NCBI GenBank assembly: GCA_035491895.1
Contig: DATJJY010000084.1
Coordinates: forward strand, 7,192 to 71,191
Origin: Gemmatimonadales bacterium
Lineage (GTDB): Bacteria > Gemmatimonadota > Gemmatimonadetes > Gemmatimonadales > GWC2-71-9
Reading direction: 5' to 3'
DNA length: 64,000 nucleotides
The notes below the pieces were generated by a model. The model searched no databases. It was not told where the DNA came from and worked only from the letters and a program-made list of their open reading frames with translations. Position numbers and translations under genes: made by a program. Of the stretch, positions 60,356-64,000 are shown in pieces. How positions within the stretch are numbered: the stretch's first letter is position 1; every line of letters begins with the position of its first letter.

Positions 60356-60515
60356 TGGCCCCGGTTCAAGCAATACGTGGCACCGTCACCGGCTGTCTGC
60401 GCTCCGCGAGGACCATCGAGTCTCGCGGTTTTTGTTTGAGCCCGTCCCAGGTCGCGGTGACCTTGGTCGATCAACAGTCCGGGGCGATGCCCCATTTGTA
60501 AAGAGGTTTATCAGT

Positions 60516-60719
60516 ATGGCAAAGGGAAAGGTGAAGTGGTTCAACGACGCGAAGGGCTTCGGCTTTATCGCGCAGGAGTCGGGTCCGGATGTGTTCGTCC
60601 ACTTCACGGCGATCCAGGCGGACGGTTTCCGGAGTCTCGCCGAGGGTGACGCCGTCGAGTTCGATGTCGCCCAGGGTCCGAAAGGCCTGCAGGCGCAGAA
60701 CGTCCGCAAGGTCTCCTGA
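60516..60719 (+). CDS. cspA: Cold-shock protein (CspA family)
   Basis: [33 protein letters not shown] carries RNP1 KGFGFI and RNP2 VFVHF. 67 aa. Confidence 0.95.
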   Translation: MAKGKVKWFNDAKGFGFIAQESGPDVFVHFTAIQADGFRSLAEGDAVEFDVAQGPKGLQAQNVRKVS

Positions 60720-60742
60720 CCCTGTCGGATCGCAACGAAAGG

Positions 60743-60773
60743 CGGGCCCGGGGGAGACCCCGGGCCCGTTTTT
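60743..60773 (+). terminator. Rho-independent terminator of csp
   Basis: CGGGCCCGGGG-GAGA-CCCCGGGCCCG gives an 11-bp stem, followed by TTTTT. Confidence 0.85.
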
Positions 60774-60784
60774 ATATTGAGTCC

Positions 60785-61336
60785 ATGCGACTCGCTCCCG
60801 TCTTGACCGGCCTGCTCTGGGCTGTGCCCGTTGCGGCGCAGACCCCCACCCCCGCACCCCCTCCGGTTGCCGCGCAGTCTCCTGCCCAGCTGGCGTATCG
60901 GGGGTTCGCGCTGGCGGCTCCATACGGCGCATTTACCGAGCACGCCCGGGCGCTCGCGGCGTCCGATTCCACCCCGCTGCTTTGCAACACGTCGCGACGA
61001 ACCGCCCAGCTGATGGAATGCGGCGTGCAGACGCTCGACCCAGCCGATAGCGCGCACTTCTACGTCGCCGCGTACGTCTTGGAAGGAAGAGTCGCGTTCC
61101 TCTCGTTCGGCGACTCCGGCACCTCCGCGCTTGTCGACTGGGCGCAGCGCGATATGGAAGCGCATTTCGGGCGCCCGCGTGCTTCCCGCGCCGGGATGTG
61201 GGAGTGGCGCTCGGGGCGTCAGGTGGCTCGGCTCACGTGGCGGGGGCGCGGTAGCGCCCGCTGGATCTACATCGCGCTCTGGGACGAGCCGCTCATGGAC
61301 CGGATCCAGCGCTACGTCCCCCGTCGCACTCACTGA
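60785..61336 (+). CDS. Secreted hypothetical protein
   Basis: Signal peptide MRLAPVLTGLLWAVPVAAQ, Pro-rich linker, two Cys (LLCNTS..LMECG). No recognised domain. Confidence 0.55.
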   Translation: MRLAPVLTGLLWAVPVAAQTPTPAPPPVAAQSPAQLAYRGFALAAPYGAFTEHARALAASDSTPLLCNTSRRTAQLMECGVQTLDPADSAHFYVAAYVLEGRVAFLSFGDSGTSALVDWAQRDMEAHFGRPRASRAGMWEWRSGRQVARLTWRGRGSARWIYIALWDEPLMDRIQRYVPRRTH

Positions 61337-61337
61337 G

Positions 61338-62168
61338 ATTCTCTTCGGCGCGCTGGGCGGATACGCCCTGCTCGCCGCCCTGGCCTGGCGGTTTCAGGAG
61401 CGGATCGCCTTTCCAGCCCCTCGCGGCGCGCTCCCCACGCCGCCGCCGCGGGGACTGCAGGACGCTGAGAGCGTCGCGCTCACGATGCCGGACGGTACGC
61501 GGCTGGCCGGCTGGTATATCCCGCCCTTTCCTCGTCCTTCCCCGCCCGTCCCCGCCCTTCTCTGGTTCTACGGAAACGGCGAGACGATCGCAGCGATCTG
61601 GCCGGTGTTGCGGGATTTCCGCCCTCCCCGGTCGGCCCTGCTCGTCGTCGACTATCCGGGATACGGCGCGAGCGAGGGGCGGGCGACTGAGCCCGCTTTC
61701 TACATCGCTGCGGATCTCGCGTACGCCGCACTCGTCGCCCGCCCTGGGGTGGACCCCGCGCGCGTGCGGGTGTACGGGCGATCGCTCGGCAGCGCGGCGG
61801 CCACATATGTAGCCGCGAATCACCCCGTCGCCGGATTGATCCTCGAATCTCCGTTCACGAACGCGCGGGAAATGAGCCGGCGCCATTACGCGCCGTTCCC
61901 GCGGTTTCTGATTCGCTTGCGGCTCGACAACCTCGACATGATCACCCGGGTTCGCTGCCCGGTGCTGATCCTGCACGGAACCGAGGACCGGTTGGTGCCC
62001 CTCGAGATGGGCCGGCGTGTCGCGGCCGCCGTGCCAGGCCCCGTCGAGCTGGTGGTGATCGATGGGGCGGGACACAACGACACCTACGACATGGGTGGCG
62101 TGGCGTATCGGAACAAGCTGTGGGAATTCCTCGATAACCCCGAGGCCCGGTCCAACCTTCCCGGATGA
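61338..62168 (+). CDS. Alpha/beta hydrolase (serine hydrolase, BAAT/DLH-like)
   Basis: N-terminal TM helix ILFGALGGYALLAALAW, LLWFYGNGE, nucleophile elbow GRSLGS, ..ILHGTEDRLVP.., ..GAGHND. Start is uncertain. No ATG/GTG/TTG lies between the upstream stop and the TM helix; ATT 61338 and CTG 61353 are candidates, and the first canonical start is GTG 61179. Confidence 0.7.
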   Translation: MLFGALGGYALLAALAWRFQERIAFPAPRGALPTPPPRGLQDAESVALTMPDGTRLAGWYIPPFPRPSPPVPALLWFYGNGETIAAIWPVLRDFRPPRSALLVVDYPGYGASEGRATEPAFYIAADLAYAALVARPGVDPARVRVYGRSLGSAAATYVAANHPVAGLILESPFTNAREMSRRHYAPFPRFLIRLRLDNLDMITRVRCPVLILHGTEDRLVPLEMGRRVAAAVPGPVELVVIDGAGHNDTYDMGGVAYRNKLWEFLDNPEARSNLPG

Positions 62169-62208
62169 AGGTCGTTCCAATCCCCTGAAACTCACGCCGA
62201 GGCGGAGA

Positions 62209-63645
62209 ATGGCAATCCGGGCGGCTCTTATTGGATCGGTTCTGGGATTGAGTCTCGCAGGACGAGCGGCGGCAACGCCTGTGACCGACACGGTGCCGTT
62301 GCTGCTCACCAGCCTGGCGCTGAACCTGCGCGTCGATTACGCCCATGCAACGCTTGGCGGAACGGCGACGCTCGAGCTCAGGAATCTCGCGAACCACCGC
62401 GTACGGCAGATCCCCCTGTTGTTGAATCGGCTGATGACCGTCTCGCGCGTGGCCGGCCCCGACGGCCGTGCGATCCCATTCACGCAGCGGATGGTGCTGT
62501 TCCTGGACGACTCGGCGCTCCAGGTGAATGCGATCACGGTCACCCCTACCGCTGCCGTCCAGCCCGGTAGCGTGCTCTCCATCACCGTGCACTATTCGGG
62601 CGTTCTGGTCGGTTACCCCGAGACCGGCGCGCTCTACATCAAAGACCACGTGAGCCCGGACTTTACGATTATCCGAGAGGATGCGTTTGCCTTTCCGGTG
62701 GTCGGGATTCCTTCCCGGTCCGGCAACCGCTCGGCGCCGCGAGAGCCGTTCCTGTTCACCGCCCGTATCACGGTGCCCCCGGATCAAGTGGTCGCGATGG
62801 GCGGTGAGCGCATCGAGAAGGCCCAGCGGGATTCCGAGGCCGTCTGGAGCTATCGCGCCACCGGCCCGGTCCCGTTCCTCAATATTGTGATCGCCGGCTA
62901 CGGGACGCTGGAGATCGGCGGAGCACGGATCTTCTATTTCCCCGCTGATTCGACCGGAGCCCGGATCGTGGGGCAGGCGGTCGCCCTTGCCCTCGCTCGC
63001 TTCCAGCGGTGGTACGGCCCGCTCGGGAAGGAGCCCCGGCTGACGATCATGGAGATCCCTGAGGGATACGGCTCGCAGGCGAGTCTGACCGCAGGCGTCC
63101 TGCAGACGGCGGACGCGTTTCGGGACCGGTCCCAACTGCGACAGCTGTACCACGAGCTCTCACATCTCTGGAATGTGGCTGACCGCGAGCGCCCTTCTCC
63201 GCGCTGGAACGAGGGCCTGGCATCGTTCCTTGAACGGCGGATGGCGGCGGAATTGGACAGTCAGACCGATTGGCATGCGATACTGGAGCGCGCGGCACGA
63301 CGGATCGACGGCGCATGTGCGCATCCCGTCGCCTGCGATCGGGTGCCGTTCGCCGACTACGGCCGAGCTGGCCTCACCGACCTCTCGTATCCCGTCGGCG
63401 CCGTCATGTTCTATGCGCTTTACACCACGCTCGGCTCAGATGACTTCGATCGCGCCTATCGCGACTTCTATCAGCAATTCCGGGACAGCAGTGCGACGAG
63501 CGCCGAGCTCCTGGCGGCCTTCCACCGAGTGAACCCCGCTGCCGATCGGATCTTCCAGGACTGGTTTCTCACCACGCGGTGGTACACGCGCCTGCGTGCG
63601 GGCGAGTCGGTAGAGCAGATTGTGGAGACCTACCGCCGGCCTTGA
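62209..63645 (+). CDS. Gluzincin (M1-like) metallopeptidase, secreted
   Basis: Start MAIRAALIGSVLGLSLAGRAAA (ATG 62209, GGAG upstream). YHELSHLW (HExxH), followed by WNEGLASF (NEG Glu ligand). The spacing is slightly shorter than in canonical M1. Confidence 0.65.
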   Translation: MAIRAALIGSVLGLSLAGRAAATPVTDTVPLLLTSLALNLRVDYAHATLGGTATLELRNLANHRVRQIPLLLNRLMTVSRVAGPDGRAIPFTQRMVLFLDDSALQVNAITVTPTAAVQPGSVLSITVHYSGVLVGYPETGALYIKDHVSPDFTIIREDAFAFPVVGIPSRSGNRSAPREPFLFTARITVPPDQVVAMGGERIEKAQRDSEAVWSYRATGPVPFLNIVIAGYGTLEIGGARIFYFPADSTGARIVGQAVALALARFQRWYGPLGKEPRLTIMEIPEGYGSQASLTAGVLQTADAFRDRSQLRQLYHELSHLWNVADRERPSPRWNEGLASFLERRMAAELDSQTDWHAILERAARRIDGACAHPVACDRVPFADYGRAGLTDLSYPVGAVMFYALYTTLGSDDFDRAYRDFYQQFRDSSATSAELLAAFHRVNPAADRIFQDWFLTTRWYTRLRAGESVEQIVETYRRP

Positions 63646-63654
63646 CGTCGATCG

Positions 63655-64000
63655 TCAAATCACCGTAACCGGCTCGAGGCGATCGCGCGCCGCCTCGAAG
63701 CGGCGCTCGGCGTCGTCCAGCACCCGACTCACCTCATGGCGTTCGACGTCGGCGAACTTGATGCTGGGCGCGAGGCGACCGGTGAGCTTTCGGACCGCTA
63801 CGAGGGCACGGGTCACTTCACAATGATCGGGATCCGGATCCGTATGGCCGGCGACGAGCAGCTCTTGAAACAGCGGCAGAGATCGTCGGTCGCCCAACAC
63901 GTACAACGACTCGAGCAGGCGGGGTCCGAGGAAGCGCCGCAGCAGCTGGTCCCCGCGGACCCGCTCGAACAACGACAGCAGCAGCGGCGTGGGTGACGGC
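63655..64000 (-). CDS. Hypothetical protein, C-terminal part (5' end outside window)
   Basis: The frame stays open to nt 64000 (..PSPTPLLLSLFERVRGDQLLRRFLGPRLLESLYVLGDRRSLPLFQELLVAGHTDPDPDH..). Helical-repeat-like. Stop at 63655. Confidence 0.45.
   Translation of the reverse strand, partial: PSPTPLLLSLFERVRGDQLLRRFLGPRLLESLYVLGDRRSLPLFQELLVAGHTDPDPDHCEVTRALVAVRKLTGRLAPSIKFADVERHEVSRVLDDAERRFEAARDRLEPVTVI

Overview
This is a very GC-rich bacterial chromosomal window. Gene content suggests a Gemmatimonadota/Acidobacteriota-like organism, but that is inference only. I saw no rRNA, CRISPR array, transposase or integrase. About 60 genes can be supported. Many long ORFs in the six-frame track are alternative-frame artefacts of the high GC content, so I re-derived the real starts.

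Main blocks, in order:
- 1-6.7 kb: P-type ATPase 3' end, USP proteins, Zn-ADH, MprF-like membrane protein, hpt, beta-CASP MBL hydrolase.
- 6.7-14.7 kb: a six-gene HyfB/C/E/F/G/(H)I-like membrane complex. Its large subunit has lost all four [NiFe]-ligating cysteines, which marks it as Ehr-type (energy-converting-hydrogenase-related). It is preceded by, and translationally coupled to, an HTH-PTS-EIIA protein. This is the most interesting system in the window.
- 14.7-20.4 kb: two tandem ArnT/PMT-like glycosyltransferase paralogues, a Ser/Thr kinase-TPR protein and tRNA-Cys.
- 20.4-31 kb: accessory-looking genes, including TetR plus a membrane-anchored solute-binding protein, a HAF-repeat lipoprotein, Ada-AlkA, a YncE-like propeller, MarR/VOC and an Omp85-like protein.
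- 31.2-37.6 kb: nitrogen-assimilation cluster in the order porin, glnK, amtB, GSI-alpha, GSI-beta.
- 38.9-49.6 kb: dense signalling region with a CHASE3 hybrid kinase relay, two paralogous REC-HD-GYP genes, and an AraC / MqnA/D-like operon.
- 49.8-57.1 kb: pseudopilin, MerR-like, LemA-M48, PlsB-like acyltransferase, YhaM-like, Kup.
- 57.1-58.5 kb: a polysaccharide deacetylase preceded by a roughly 640-nt highly structured non-coding region with riboswitch-like alternative pairings.
- 58.5-64 kb: hypothetical secreted proteins, csp, hydrolase and peptidase.

Recurrent sequence-level features are 4-nt stop/start overlaps using GTG or TTG starts (GTGA, TTGA), and three long intergenic hairpins built from short tandem repeats.
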